Below, piece after piece: positions 1-14,167 of a DNA stretch of 64,000 nt; position 1 is the first letter of the stretch, and each line of letters starts with the position of its first letter. The stretch is taken from assembly GCA_002189035.1 (NCBI GenBank), contig NEEC01000009.1, positions 186,001-250,000 on the forward strand, in the 5' to 3' direction. The position numbers were made by a program, and so were the translations under genes. Source of the DNA: Utricularia gibba (Eukaryota; Plantae; Magnoliophyta). Below the pieces are notes generated by a model. That model did not search any database, was not told the DNA's origin, and saw only the letters and a program-made list of their open reading frames with translations.

Positions 1-2847
1 GTTCATATTGCCGTTGGCGTTTGCATCAACCAAAGACTTGGTCATCTTCAATTCCGGGGGAGGGAGGGGGACGTTTAGAAAAATTCTTGAGATTTTATGG
101 GATTTTCTCTTCTTCTCTGATGATGTTGATGACACAAAAAATCACTTGATTTTAATTGAATTTAAAATTCTAATAAAATAATAATTATTTACAATTAGAG
201 GTATTGATTATCATAAAAATTAATTCATATTTAAAATATAAAAAATGAAAAATGATTTTCATAAGTAAATAATATATTTATATTTATTTATTAATAAAAT
301 ATAATTCATTTATATTATATAAATCTGTAAATTATATTTATATTATTACTATTTGTATTAAAAATAATTTAAACTTAATAGTTTAACTGAGTAAAATAAA
401 AATATTAATTTTTTTTAAAGAATACTGAGTATAATTATAAATTTAAATTTCAAAATCAATTCTAATAAGATACTCCTCATACTTCTAATAAAATTGATTT
501 TTGATACTGATTCTATAAATACATAAAAACCATCATAATAAATAAATATATTTTCAATAAAAAATTTATTATTTTATTATTTTTTAAAAATATACTTGAA
601 ATAAATGAAAATGAAAAAAAGATGAGTTTTAAAAACAATAAAAACAATAAAAATAATGACTTTTGTTAAAGTTTCCATCATGCACAAGCTTAACTTTATA
701 TGTGCATATAAGACTCAAAAACTTATTTGATTGTAGAAATTTTAGAGATACTATTCTAAAGTAATGCTATTTGTTAACCATCATGTTACTATTTCTCATT
801 TAGCATAGTTATAGAATCAACTATGTCAATAAAATCATTTCACATTTTGTGATAACACATGTCATTCTCACGTCCGATCTTAAATCTTTGTAGCACTCAC
901 CCTCACAAATAGATTAGGTTGAATATATCTTAACAGCATTGTCCAATTTGACCCCTCTTCTTAGGTGCTTTAGACCACTTTGAGATTTTTCAACATTCCA
1001 TTAGGAGTGTGTGGTATTAAAAATATGTTAGCAAAAACTAAAACATTACGACAAATGAAAATAAAACTCAAATTAAATATTGAATAATATAGTACAATAG
1101 TTATATGCATAGGGACTTGCCCAAATAAAGTTTCACCACATGTTATCAGTGCAAGCATCTATATACATATGTTTGATTCTAACATGAAAATAAACACAAA
1201 ATTAAAATAAAACATAAAAATAGTCAAAGACATATATAATGATTGAAAGATTTAAGTATTTATAAGAGAGAAAATCTAAATACTATATTGGACTTATTTG
1301 ATTAATTTGAATAAGATGTTTTATTTAAATATTATATCTAAATATTTCAATATCATTTTTTCAATCTTTATCTCATTAATGAATATCAAACCAAATTTTC
1401 ATCCTTCAACTTATTCTTGAATTCAAACAAACTCGTAAATTATTGAATTTTGATTTTTCTTTATTTAAAAATTCTAAAAAATCCATAAAATTCAATTTCT
1501 CTATAAAAATATCAAATTAGTATAAAATATATAAAATTAATAAAAAATTAATGACCAATTAGAATATAATGTACTAAAAATAACCTTTATAGTGATGAAA
1601 AAATATATTTTAAAATAATATAACATTAATTATCAATTTCATAAAGAATGAATTTCATAACATTGATTTCCCAAATGTTGTGTAATTTAAAATATTGGTT
1701 AGACACTATATATTGATTTTTGGAATATTCCCGGATCCAATCCAACCCCCGATTCTACAAGGCATTAAATCCGTTAGCGTGCAACTCTGCCCCTCTGCGA
1801 TTGATTGGCTAACAGCCGCCACCGTGTCTTCCGTCCAGCCATCCCCTCAGCGGGCCCCACGAGTTGAAAAAATAAATCTCTTATTATGAAAAGTATCTAT
1901 TCTTTATTCATTTCACAAATATCTAATGCTATTCATACGTTTTCAATTAACCAAAGCCTCACGTGATGAATCCATTAAAGGTACATGAAAAACAAAGCAA
2001 TATGTTGGTAGCATTCTTCTAAAGCCTTAGCTCAGCCATAAATTTAAGTCGAACTAATCAAATGATTATTTTTTATATTTTAAAAATATTATTTAAATTA
2101 ATTAAAACTTATTTTTCGACTGAATTAAACCTATGATTTTAAAACATTAGTTTCGTAGTTTTACAAAAAAAAAACATTAATGTCAAAGAATAAAAGTCAA
2201 ATTAGTCATAGGTAATATGAGAATACAAATTTACACATTCTATTTATTTGTAAAAATATGCAAGTTCCATATTGTCTTAATTCTGTAATCTAAATATTTT
2301 ATTTTTAACACTAGTAAAATTATTTTAATGATAATATATTTTGTGTAGTAAGATGGACAAAGATGGAAAAGCTGAACATTATAATTCTATATAATTTGTT
2401 TTTGTGTGTCACAATGTAAGTTTTTGTAACACGTCGCCTTGAAGAATCATTATATATATAACGAAAAATGTTTGAAGAAAAGATAAATTTTAATTGATTC
2501 GATAAAACTCTATCAAATTTTTTATGCCTAAAATAATTTAAATTGCAATGTAGTATATAAAATCGAGTAACAATTGATGTATAACTTGCTATGAAAAAAA
2601 CCATAATCAGCCCGTTACATAATAATTGATTCAGAAAATAGTATCGCAAGTGCCCATTATAGAATATATTTTAATTTCTAGAAAATTCAATAATAATATG
2701 AATAAATCGTGGCACCACGATTTTCATCTACAAAAGCCATCTGATCGGGAACTGGAAGCCCAGGAGCACCTACCTGTGTGCCTCTTCTTTGCATGCATGA
2801 AGAAGCACTGCATCATAAGAACCAGGGGTTGCTTTGCTTCCAGCGTT

Positions 2848-4759
2848 TCAAAACTTTGGGAAGGCCGACGGGGAGGCCGCCGTTGGGGCGGCGAGGGAGA
2901 ATCCTGATGATGCCGCGGGTACCAGAATTTGCATCGGAGGCCACTTGGGGAATCCACCTTCAAAGCTGGCGCTGGCTGCTGATCTGTCCTGAAGTGGGAA
3001 AGCAAATCACAAACCAAAAGGGCTGGGATAACGGAGTGAAGAGGCGCGCGCACCTTCGTGTTGGGGGAGAAACCGGGGTGGATGCCGGCCCACGGCGGCG
3101 GATACTTCAGCGGCGCCTGCACTTCTCGGGAAGAGGCGGGGGTGGATTCGCCCTGAACCAATACAAAAAAGTTGCAACTCTGACTCGATGTTGCATGGGA
3201 TTCGTACGGAGGCGCCCCAACCCCAAAGTTGATATCACAATAGTGTAACTATTGCCTTCTAAAGTTGTATTGCAAGCAGAAGCTTGTGTGTACCTTAAGA
3301 CTGGGGCCATCGACCATTTCCCTGGTTGTAAGAGGGAAGCGGAGAGATCTCGCGGCGGCGTTCGGAGACAACGAGATTCCGAGGTTGAGATCCACACTGC
3401 TGCCACTGCCTGCATATAAACTACAGCTTATAAACTGATGATACTCCAAACGGAACTGGGAAGCACTGTTGGATGTCAACCTCCATCTCTCCACGCAAAA
3501 TTCATCTCCCTCATTTGCTTGCTAGCCTCGAAGCCGGTGACAGCTTCTCTCGCGTTGCACTGGATGGCTGCTTTGTCATAACCCCTGCATCAACCAGAGC
3601 ACCCTTTTGTAAATCCAAAAGAGGCGAATGAGAATCGACTGAATCTGAGAGCAGTTGCTCACTTGTTGGCCATAGCTTGGCCATTGCTGACTTCCCAGCG
3701 ATCGGGTTTCTGCAGCGGTACACCGCCGTACTTGGAGCTTCCTCGGGAGAAGCCGGTACTTTGGCGACGAAGAATGTGCACGAACTCTTCTTTGGTGAAG
3801 TTCATCATCTGCAGAAACTCCAACCAGGGGGTAATCTAAACTGTCCGAAAGCAGACACTCGAATGATTTCTATCTAAAGTTGCTCACCTGTTTCATATCC
3901 TCCTCATAGTCACTGATACTGAAATTGATATCAGCGTCAACACCGCGAAACTTAATAGCTGCCCGATCGTAGGCCCTGGATTATGAAATCGAAAACATTA
4001 CTCACGCTGTTCCTAACAAATGATCAGCAGAAAAAGCTTACCTAGCAGCTGCGTGAGCAGTGTCAAATCCTCCTGAAGAAAAGAAAGAATCAGATGCTGA
4101 ATCGACATTTAATTTTCCTCAAACAGAAGGATTGAAGGAGATGACAAGTGTTATTACCCAAATAAACTTGTTTCCCACAGTCCCTGAAAATGAAACCAAG
4201 GTACAATTCAATTTAAGGGAAAACATGCATGCAACAAAACAGAGCATTGAAACATGTGCTTAAGGACAATTAAAGATGCGAACCAGATGTGGGATTCCCA
4301 TCTGCCAGTTCGTCGGTAAAACGTAACGCCGCGGTACTGAGAACTCCGGGATCGGGGCCCGCGTCTACTCTTCTTGGGCTGCGCTGGATTGCTGATCGGC
4401 AACTGGGTTTTGTAAATTCCTAATTGAGCACTTCCGGCGCCTTCCGAAGAAGACAAATTCAGCCAATAGTTGGCTCTATCCGGCGCTGCCGTAGAGGGGG
4501 AAGTCGGGAATAGCTGAAGCTCGTTCACGCTATCCCCTGCGTCGTCGTCAATGTGAATCGCTCCATTTTTACCCAAAATTGAGGAGAAATTCAGAGTGTA
4601 GAGCGAGCTGCTGCTGCTGCAGTTCGCTTCATCTTTCGCAGCATTGTTGGATGTAGTCGTCGACGCCACCGAATCGGCGGTGCGGTGGTTCCCGTTCTCT
4701 TGGTCATCGTCGCCGGAGGCGAAATCAACTTCATACGCGCCGATATTCAGATCCAACAT
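2848..4759 (-). CDS. euAP2-lineage transcription factor (TOE/SMZ/SNZ, RAP2-7-like), 9 exons, one intact and one degenerate AP2 domain
   Basis: MLDLN start at 4759. GT-AG spliced exons give [61 protein letters not shown], linker [24 protein letters not shown]-like DLNL, and last exon PAASSGFS...FPKF* (stop 2848-2850). Confidence 0.93.
2898..2918 (-). promoter_or_regulatory. miR172 target site in the last exon of the AP2 gene
   Basis: Minus strand CCGCGGCATCATCAGGATTCT, in the AASSGF frame. It pairs with miR172 (AGAAUCUUGAUGAUGCUGCAU) with two G:U pairs and two mismatches at the miRNA 3' end. Confidence 0.93.
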
Positions 4760-7452
4760 CCCTCTCCGGTAAAAACTAAGAACCCAGATCGTCCCCGCCC
4801 ACCCCAAAAAGACACAAGAATCGAGGGAGGGTAGCAAGCTACTTTTCGTTTAGTTAAATAGAAAAAAAGCAACTGCAGATCGCAGCTGGGTTCCCCCTTT
4901 TTTTTCTTTCTTTCCGCCCTCCCGTTCAAGGAAGAAGGAACCTTACTAGGAATGAATGAAGTTGAGAAGAAGAAACCAGAGGAGAAGGAAGAAGACAGAA
5001 GAAGACGAAAAAGGTTTTAAAGATCGGAGAGAGTAGCGAGAGCGGAAGCCAACCAACCTAGTAACATCATTTATATAATATTATTGAAGAAGAAACGGGA
5101 AACGGTGTTACGGTATCCAACAACTGTCAAATTCCCAAGATATGATCTCCGTGAGTTATCAACGTCAACGACTATCGCCATTTTCATACAAAGGTGAAAA
5201 CCCCCCGACAACCAGGAAGCTTACAAAAACCAAACCCTAAAATATCAATTTCTTCTTCGCCCACTCCACGTCACCCCTCTCCAACGCGCCGTGATCTGCA
5301 AAATTACACATGATGAGTTGTGACAAGAAAAATTTCAGTTTGATTATTCATCATTTAACAAATGATATCAATCTAACTTTGAAAGAGCATATATCAATCA
5401 TGCTTTTATCATGTATAAGTATTTGTCCATTCAGAAAAAAAAAAAGGGGTCATGTATGAGATAAAAATAACGAGCTCCAACATTGAACTTTTATGTTAAT
5501 GTGTGTGGTGATTTGTGTTTTTAGGGAAATGAAAAATATGGCGTTGCTGCTTGACCTAATTGAATTGAATTGGGGGCAATTAAGAATGAGTAAAGAAAGC
5601 CCTCCTCTCCTCTTACTTCCCACACAAACAAAGCAGCAGCAGCACAGCACAGCAGCTTTCTATGATTGGCATAGGGTGGGGAAAATGAAATATCAAATAA
5701 TCAGCGACCTTCTCCCAATTATCAACCTCCCTTTGCCTTGTCATTCAATGCTCCTTTAATTGCAAACCAGTCCTCGCCACTTCCAATCCTGTGGGCGGAA
5801 TATTTTCAGCTCTGGCTGGGACACATGCATGCAATGCAACGCAACCCAATGGACAGCACAGTCATTTCCATCCTTGGAGGATAAGAGAATGTTGGTGACT
5901 TATTACCATTTATTCCTTGCAACCCCTCCCCTCCCCTCCCCTATACCATGATTGATGATGCATATGAGTATTATTGTGCCTTGGGGAATATACCAAGATT
6001 GGTCCCTCCCCTTTACCTCTCTTCCACATCCATCATGACATTGCTTTAATCCCATGACCTCAATTGTGTTAAATAACAACATATGCTAATTCTTGATTTG
6101 GTGACTAATCCTATCATTTTCATCTTCAACTCTTTTTGTGCATCCATCAAATGGGAGACTAGATAACATTTGTAAGTAAGAAGAAAACAAAAGAACATTC
6201 ATATTAAATAATATATAAAATCATGGGGACGATAGAGGTAGAGTTTCATGGGTGGGTGACTTTGGGCTTGGGGGTGTGGTTATCCCCTAATTTTCCGAAA
6301 AGGGTGATTTTGAAAAGTGACATATTTTAACTGTTTGTTCAAGAGATAAAATCATGTATGATTATGTTTCAAAATGAGGTTTTTTCATTTCAAAAAAAAC
6401 CAAGGCAGGCAGTTCTGTTTCTGATAAGCTAGCTAGCCATCAGTCACCCTGTACTGGAAGATGCATGAAATCATTGTGCGTGAATTTCAAAGCCTGGCGG
6501 GTCCTGTGTGTACAGTTGAGGAGGAGATTGGATGGATGCCCTCAAAAGGGAAAAAACAACGTGGTGGTACAAGGAATGGCGCACCACAAATGGGTTACAC
6601 AAAACAAGCCACGGCAGATGATACGATACCACTTTTTTTTATGGAATACTAACTAGAAAGTATTTAATTCCTTCCAGCTTAAAAAGGAAGCCGCCACGCC
6701 ATAACACTCACACCTACCCTAACTTCCATTCCTCTTTTTCTTCGCTGGTTCAAAGCCACCATAACATTATAATAATAGTTTGAAGAACATGAAGTTTTTT
6801 GTGCTGCAGGACCATTGCATTGCAGCATTTATGGAGGAACCCGCTCCGCTGCCTACATACTATATATTCCTCGCATTTATTGCTTCCATGCTCTTATTAC
6901 AAACCCTATGTCTCAAGGAGTCGTATACGGGATGCCAGCAGTAGCTAACAACAAATCTTTTTGTGCGGATTTGTCTTCCTTCGTTCTTGCACTAGCGGGT
7001 TGATTCTCTAATAGGGTATTTAAATCCAACGCCCCTTTTTTCTGCTGGTTGAAAAAAGTAAAACAAAAAAATAGATGGGTGTTGTTCCTCGTCCGTGTCG
7101 ACCGACGGATGTTTGATTTGGGGGTTTCTAGGGTTTAGAATGCAGAAACAAGTCAACTTGGGTTGCACCGTAATTGATCCCGGGGCACTATTTCAAGAAA
7201 TCGCGGCCGCATAGCCAACCGCATTTATGGAATCTTAGGGGCCGATCAACCACCTTCGTTGACTACAATCATCTTCTTCTAATGGTGGTGTCTTGCTGTA
7301 TTTACTTATGCTAATTATTGAATTGAAATGATGGAAAACCCAAGAAAAGAAACGTGGGTTTTTGCTTTATTTAAACCGAGTGATGGATGTCGGCATCCCG
7401 AGGAGGGTAGGGCAGAGGGCATCCTGGCCGTTGATGTTCCTTTTTGTCTGAG

Positions 7453-7483
7453 CGAGGCGAGGCGAGGCGAGGCGAAGCGAGGC
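7453..7483. repeat. (CGAGG)n pentanucleotide repeat
   Basis: cgaggcgaggcgaggcgaggcgaagcgaggc read directly. Confidence 0.8.
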
Positions 7484-8549
7484 TCCAGGGCAGGGGATGG
7501 ATGGATGCCCGCCGGGCCAGCTCCAAAAAAGAGAACCAAAACTGAGTGGTGCACGATGCTAATCATTACGCGTACAGAAGACAAGATAACGTTTGATTGG
7601 ACATGGTTGGGCATGACGTGATTTGATTGGACGCCAAACATTTGATTGACCCATCGTCCCCACTCCCGCCCCCGCACTGCATTCCATTTTCACGGCTCGT
7701 TTCCGTCCCGGACCAAACGGAGGCGGGGGACGTCCGCCTTTTCGTCGTCCATTCTGCGAGAAGAATGAAAAAGAGACAACTTGTATCCTATTGTATTGTA
7801 TTGTATGCTGCTGCACTGTGGCGTGTCAAGTCTTTCTAGTAAAAGGAGCCCATCATTTCGATCTGCCTCCTCCTGCTGCATTATTGATATTAATATCCTT
7901 ATTTTTTTATTGTCGAAGAATTTCGTCATCATTCGAATTTCAAATGAATGTCTTGATTTCGTGTGTTTTTCTTTTTAAACAAAAATTTCCAGATCGTCCA
8001 TCCAAAGGTGTTTCTTCCCGTGGGACCCACCCCCCCAATATTATTTTCTTGTAAACAAGGAAACCCCCCATCGAATTTTGGGATGTGGGATGTGTGGCTG
8101 GAGTCGGAGGTGCAGGGCTTGCGGTGGGGTCGCTCTCTTCTTGTCTTGGAAAATCCACAAACGGTGTCGTTTTCTTCTTGCAGTCCATTCCAGGGCAGGA
8201 GCGGGATGGAAGAACACAATTTGGGTAATGTGTAATAAAAGTACATTTCTGGTGTTCAACTACTAAAAGGGGAAAAAGGAAATGATTTGATGTACTGTCG
8301 CCCGCCCGAGGGAGGGAGGATACGAGGTTAGCACTCCTGCTCATCTTCTTTCCCCAAACGTCCTCCTCCTGCAACACTGGGCTGGGCTGGGCTGGGCTCT
8401 CCCTATCTGGGCTTGTGTGGCTAAACAAGAGGCCATTGGATGATCGATCATTCATCAAGGAAGAATCCAAAGAAATGACGGACACAGGTTTGGGGGGGAA
8501 GAATCAAGGCGAAGGGAAGGTAATGTGTGTGCATGCATGGGTGTCTCTC

Positions 8550-11500
8550 TCATCGGCTGAAAAGCTTCCCCAGCGGTCCATCCTTGCGATCTTTGGTGGT
8601 TGATTCCGTGAGCGCCAGGAATCTGCGGATTCCGGTGGTCGCAGCATCTCTCCCGAGCGCCGCAGCTCTTGCAACGATTTCTTCCTTCAACGGGATGATT
8701 GCGGAAGGCACGGATTGAGTTGCTGTTATGGGCGCTACGGAGTTGGAGGGCGCCGCGGGGACAATGGCCTTGATGCTTGACTCGGAGGCTCCAGCCCCAC
8801 GTTTGGTGTAATCATCCAGGATGCTCTGCTGGTCACTCCTCTTCAGGCCCTGCACCACCACAAGGATGGATGCAACAGATAAGCAGCATGTCCAGAATCA
8901 CACCATCTATTTTTGCGGTTGCATCGTAACCTTAAGATCAAGAATGCGCTGGAATTCTGATGATGTCCCTTCAGGTAGTAAAGCGCAATATGTGTCGGCC
9001 ACAGAGTCGATCGGGGACAAGATGACCTACGTAAACTCGCCGGTGAGTGATTGAGACATAAGGATGTTGGCGAGTCCCAGAGTTCACAGAATCAAACCTT
9101 GAGGAGTGCTTCAGCTTTGCTCATTTCACGGCTGACAAATTTTGAGTAGCCTGTGCTTGCTGACGGCTATTCATGACAAGAAATGGATCACCCCAGGGTA
9201 TAGCAATTACAAACAAGAAAAATAAAAAAGCTGTTCCAAGATCCAAAATGGCATTGCATTACTTCGGAGTTACCTGTTTTCCCAGAGCTGGAACCTCAAG
9301 AAGAATCGTTTTCACAGCTTGTGTATCCAATAGCATCTGCAGGTTTATAGAAAAATTATCATCTCGGTTGACCACATGTGAAATCATTTTCATTCTATAC
9401 TCAGTACTCCTTGAAATGTCAGAATAAACACCAGGATTAAAAGTTTAATTACTTGCTGTGCCCCAGTCTCGGAAATGTGCTTGCATTTGAAAATATTCAG
9501 GTAAAACCGAGGGCCAAGGGATGATGCAAGCTGCATAGACGAAATAAAACATAGAGGAATGCAATTAAAACGGTGAACCTGGAAGTCTAAAAAATCATTT
9601 GATTAGTCAATTTACTATCAACTACCCACCTTATCAAGAAAAAACTGGAAATATATGGGAGAAAGAAGCTTTCCAAGCACCGGAATGCTGGCAGTTAGAA
9701 TCGTATTGATGCCATTGACGTACCTGCAGGAATACGATGTTTGATGAATGTGAAGAAAAGGCTACATTTTTTATCCTACTCATTCCCATAAACAAATCTT
9801 CTTACTCAGATTGGTCACCAACGCTTTCAAGAGTGCCCCATGGAACTCGTGTCATAGCAGCCATTTCTGAATCAAATTTAGATTCTATCCCATGCACCAA
9901 TGTTATTAATGCCTTTGTTATGACAGCTGTAAATTCATCCTGCACCAAAAAAAAAAAAAAACCCCATCAAAGATCTAAATTAATCGCTTTCCTTCCTTTT
10001 TGATCGAGATTTGAGGGAAAAGCACTTCACACATGGAAATCTAAGCCGTCAGCACACCTCAACAGCAGTATCAGAACAGCAAAAGAATTTGATAAGACCA
10101 TTTCACCTGTACTTCAGCCATATCAATCCTATCAGCAAATTGGGGATCGACAATCTTTGACACATTTTCAGCCAATTCACCAGACTAGAAAAATGAAGGA
10201 TGAATAAGTATAGCATGAAAAATATATAAAAAAGTGTTTACGAAATGCAGCTTAAATACTTCTACAAATTCACTAAAACCAACCGTTTTATGGCAATATT
10301 CAGCTGTGTTTACTATGTAGCATATAAGCCGTTCATCCTTGTCAGACGTCTGTAGAAAGCATCCATATAATGTTAAATGTTGGACAACGCAAGAATATAT
10401 AAACTGATGAGCTACAAGAAAGCACTTTGATTTGCCCATCCATTCCAGTGGCAGCAGCTACGATCCCTGACCCACCCTTTGGCAACCTTGCATAAAGCTT
10501 TGTGGCATACGCCTTAAGAATTCTTTGGAAGACCTATTTACAGAAGTTCCAAGATATGAGAAAAGCATCTTATTATTTAAAAATATAAACTTTACGAAGT
10601 GGGCAAAGAAGTATCCATTCAGAACCATAAAATAATATATCCTCCATTCCACAAAAATAAATTTCACCTTAAACAAATTAAACAGTGTCTGGTTTTTAGT
10701 CAAAGCGCTGCATCTCTTTAAGCTCCGTCTGATAATCAAAAAGACCTTGGAAAAGTTCAGAGGATTAGAGAAGTGAAGATTCTTACCATGCTGAATGTGA
10801 TAAAACGAAAGATGCGTTGGAAAAAATTAACAAACATACTCATAGCCTTAGAGATATTATTAGCCAAGGTATATTCGAATACCTGCATACTACTAGATAA
10901 AATATTTGTTTGACTACCCTCTTCTACATCCCATGACTCTTCCTGTGGTACAAACAATACTAGAGTCAACTTTCAGAGCGGATGAAGAAAAGTGATGGAC
11001 ATGGCAATATCTAAAGGTTCTGAAGAGAATTTAAACCTGGGCAAGTTTCTCCATATGCTCCATGAGTGTCTTCTCTTCAAGTTCCACATACACCGTCAAG
11101 AAAGGTTCAAAGCATGATGATATGATTCCTCGAAAGTTGAACTGGACAAACCGAAAAAGCAATTGACGTTGACTTCTTATTATTCAACAAAAAAGGAAAA
11201 CCATCGTTATCATTAGAACAGAAAGCCCTTAGCTATTTATTCAATTTCCAAAGGGAATGTCATTGATTCTACAAAAAAAATTTTACCCCAGCATCAGGCA
11301 CTGACAACTCTTTTCGTCCATCTTGAACCTGATGTGGAAAATAAGCATGCTAGGTAGGAGTAGGATGGAACCAAGTTTTAATATGATAAACACCACGAAA
11401 GAAAATCTTGATCACACCTCATTATCCTCACCACTATTCGCTGCAAGCTTTTTCTCATATTTCTTTCGAATTTCTGTGACTGTTTGGTTGCTCTTATCTA

Positions 11501-13728
11501 CAACTACATTCCCTGTATCATACCTAGATTCACTATCATGACTACTGACACCAAATTTTTCCGCCAATTCTTCCTCAAATTCCAGAGTTCTCTGTAATGC
11601 CTAAAAGAAGTGCAAAAACATGGAAAATATTACTCACATTACGAAATTTATCGAAGGAAAGAAGCTGCTAGCAGTGCACCAACCAGCAATAAGGTACCAA
11701 CGTCAGGCTTTTCCTTAAGTTGGTTGAGAATGTCCACAAGTTGCGACCTGTTTGAAAAGGAAATATTTCAGTGTTTCACTGCTGGAAATCAGAAACCATC
11801 AAAGTATTGCTTAGTAAAATCTAAATATTTCTATATTCATCAAATCCAAAATGTGTCATGACAGCGCTCATACAATGTGAGGTGACACCAGACATAATTT
11901 TGAACAGTGAGGTCAAGTAACCCACCTGGTCAACTTGCAGAACTGGATGCAAAGCAGGTAAGGAACATGCCATGAAGAAGGAAAAACTTTCCAAATATCC
12001 TCATTTGTTCTCAGTCGGCGTTTGATCCAAGCATATCTTCTTTCTGTTTTGTCTAGCTTTGCAAATTCTGCAAGATTTTGAAACGTAACAGGCTTTATAT
12101 ACAGTTTTCAACTTGAAGTCAACATTAAATTCTAATATACAAACCAGCCCCTTCAAAAATCTGTTGATAAGATGTAAGCTCGGTATGGCAAAAACTTTTC
12201 ACTAAATCTTCCCTGACCGAAGGCTCTAAAGCATCAACAACCAGGCACGCATCTGATAGCTGCTGCAACAAATTTCTTTCTTGGGTCTCCTTCCCAGTGC
12301 CTAGGCTGTGATGTTTCACATAGTGGGAAGAAAAATAAGGATCAAAATGCATGATACCGACACCAAAAAGTAGTGGGACAGGAAATAGGAATTGTTGTGA
12401 ATTGAACCGTTAAGAAGTGACTGAATGGAGAACTGTTGTACTGCACTACGTCTTCAACATAACCAAAAAAATAATTCAGGGATATACAAACCCAAAAATC
12501 TTCTAATTTGACACACCTAGAGAAATCTGAGAACACATGGGCCTTCAGAATTTGTTTGATGCTCTTGAATTTCTCCCTCAGTTCTGTAATTTTTGGGAAA
12601 TCTCTATAAGCTTCAAAATGACTGCACAATTGGTTGACAGCCTGACATTATCAAAAACATTAACATGAACAAAAAATGGAACAGAAAGTGAGAAGAGGTC
12701 AATGCTGAGACAAAAAGCACCTCAAGCTGTGCAGCTGCCTCCTTATATTGTCTCTTGGAAGCCATAACCTGAAGCTGTTCTACGGCAGATACTGGAATAA
12801 AAGAAAAGGATAATATGGATAAGGGACATCTTAATATCAAATCAATCTGCGGTCATTTCGTCATCAGTGTCATTTCTAACCAAGCATGGTAAGCCGATGA
12901 AGTGCAGTGATGGTAGTAGTTATATGCTTCTTGGCAAAATCCAGTTTCTTGATATCCCGGCATATTTCCTGAACCATTGTTTCACTCTGCTCTGCCTTTG
13001 TCTTTATTTCTTGCATTTTTGTGATGAGTTCCTGGTTGGATAAACGATTATTCAAATGAGACCAAACTTAACACTGCTATTTGTGTTGGATAACCCAAAT
13101 TTATCCAATTAACTAACTCAATAGGACACCTTAACCGCAGATGTAGCTGCAGCAAGCTCCTCTCTTGCCTTGCTACCTGAATTGCTCTGTAATCGGCAAT
13201 TACATATAAATCAGAAAGAAACGACAGCTCGAGCTAATCACATATAAATCACCAAAAAAAAAAAAATGAAATTCCTAACCTGCTGGCGGACAGCTGCCAA
13301 AATCTCAGCATCCACCTTACGAATTTCACTGCGTATTTTCTGCATAAGGGGCTCAACACCAGATAGAGAAGCTTCTGCATGTCAAACCATCTTTCCCGTT
13401 GTCAAAAATCAATCTCACCCCGTAAAAGAAAACAAACTGTTAAATTCTAAAGCACATGACGAATTACTGGACACTAGAGATCATCGGAGAAGAGCATTGA
13501 CACCGCAAACTAAACATACTTCACAGAATTTCATAAGCCTTCATATGTAGCACTTCGAAAAATCGAAAAAAGGATTTCAGTGTGAATCCACTATCACTGA
13601 GTGCGTCAAACTTGGATGTATCAAGATCTTCAAAATGAGAGAACACCATTGATGGATAAGAAAATATGACCTGTTGGGAACATCTGGTTTATATAATCCA
13701 AGGCGCTCTGCTTGTCTATCCCCGCCAT
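8550..13728 (-). CDS. VPS53: Vacuolar protein sorting 53 (GARP/EARP subunit, HIT1-like), multi-exon
   Basis: Start MAGIDKQSALDYINQMFPT; exons EASLSGVEPLMQKIRSEIRKVDAEILAAVRQQ, KQILKAHVFSDFS, LSDACLVVDALEPSVREDLVK, FNFRGIISSCFEP; C-terminus RRFLALTESTTKDRKDGPLGKLFSR*. Confidence 0.93.
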
Positions 13729-14167
13729 AATTAGGGATCAAGCGATCGGAGAAAAATAAAAACCCAGATACTGAATTGCAACAATGATCTAAACCCGCAA
13801 CTTCACGACTTCAAAAAAACCTAGAAAAAAGCACGACAAGATGAGGCATCTCAGCAATTGACTGCAGTGACTAGCAAAACCGCGATCTTATAAGCATCCA
13901 GGAGAATCAAAGCGCGTTCATCACCGTGAAAATAGAAAACTCGGGAAGCAGAACTGTGGTGTGACTTCCGAAAGATGGGACGGGATACGACGCCGTTTAG
14001 AATTGGAGAAATATTACCGTTAATCTACAAAGGTATCTGACAACGAATAAACTGCCACGTGTACACATTTATTCATCCACGGTTCTTGATGGAATTTTTT
14101 CCCCGGTTGGATCCAAGTTCATAATTGCTTCACAGGATCACTTGTGAAAAGTTTCTCCTAAACCAGG

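Noticed and set aside
1-45. Possible minus-strand gene start MTKSLVDANANGNMN running off the left edge
   Set aside because: Only 15 codons with no recognisable motif.
1727-1865. GC-richer island in AT-rich DNA
   Set aside because: No tRNA/snRNA boxes, hairpin or recognisable peptide.
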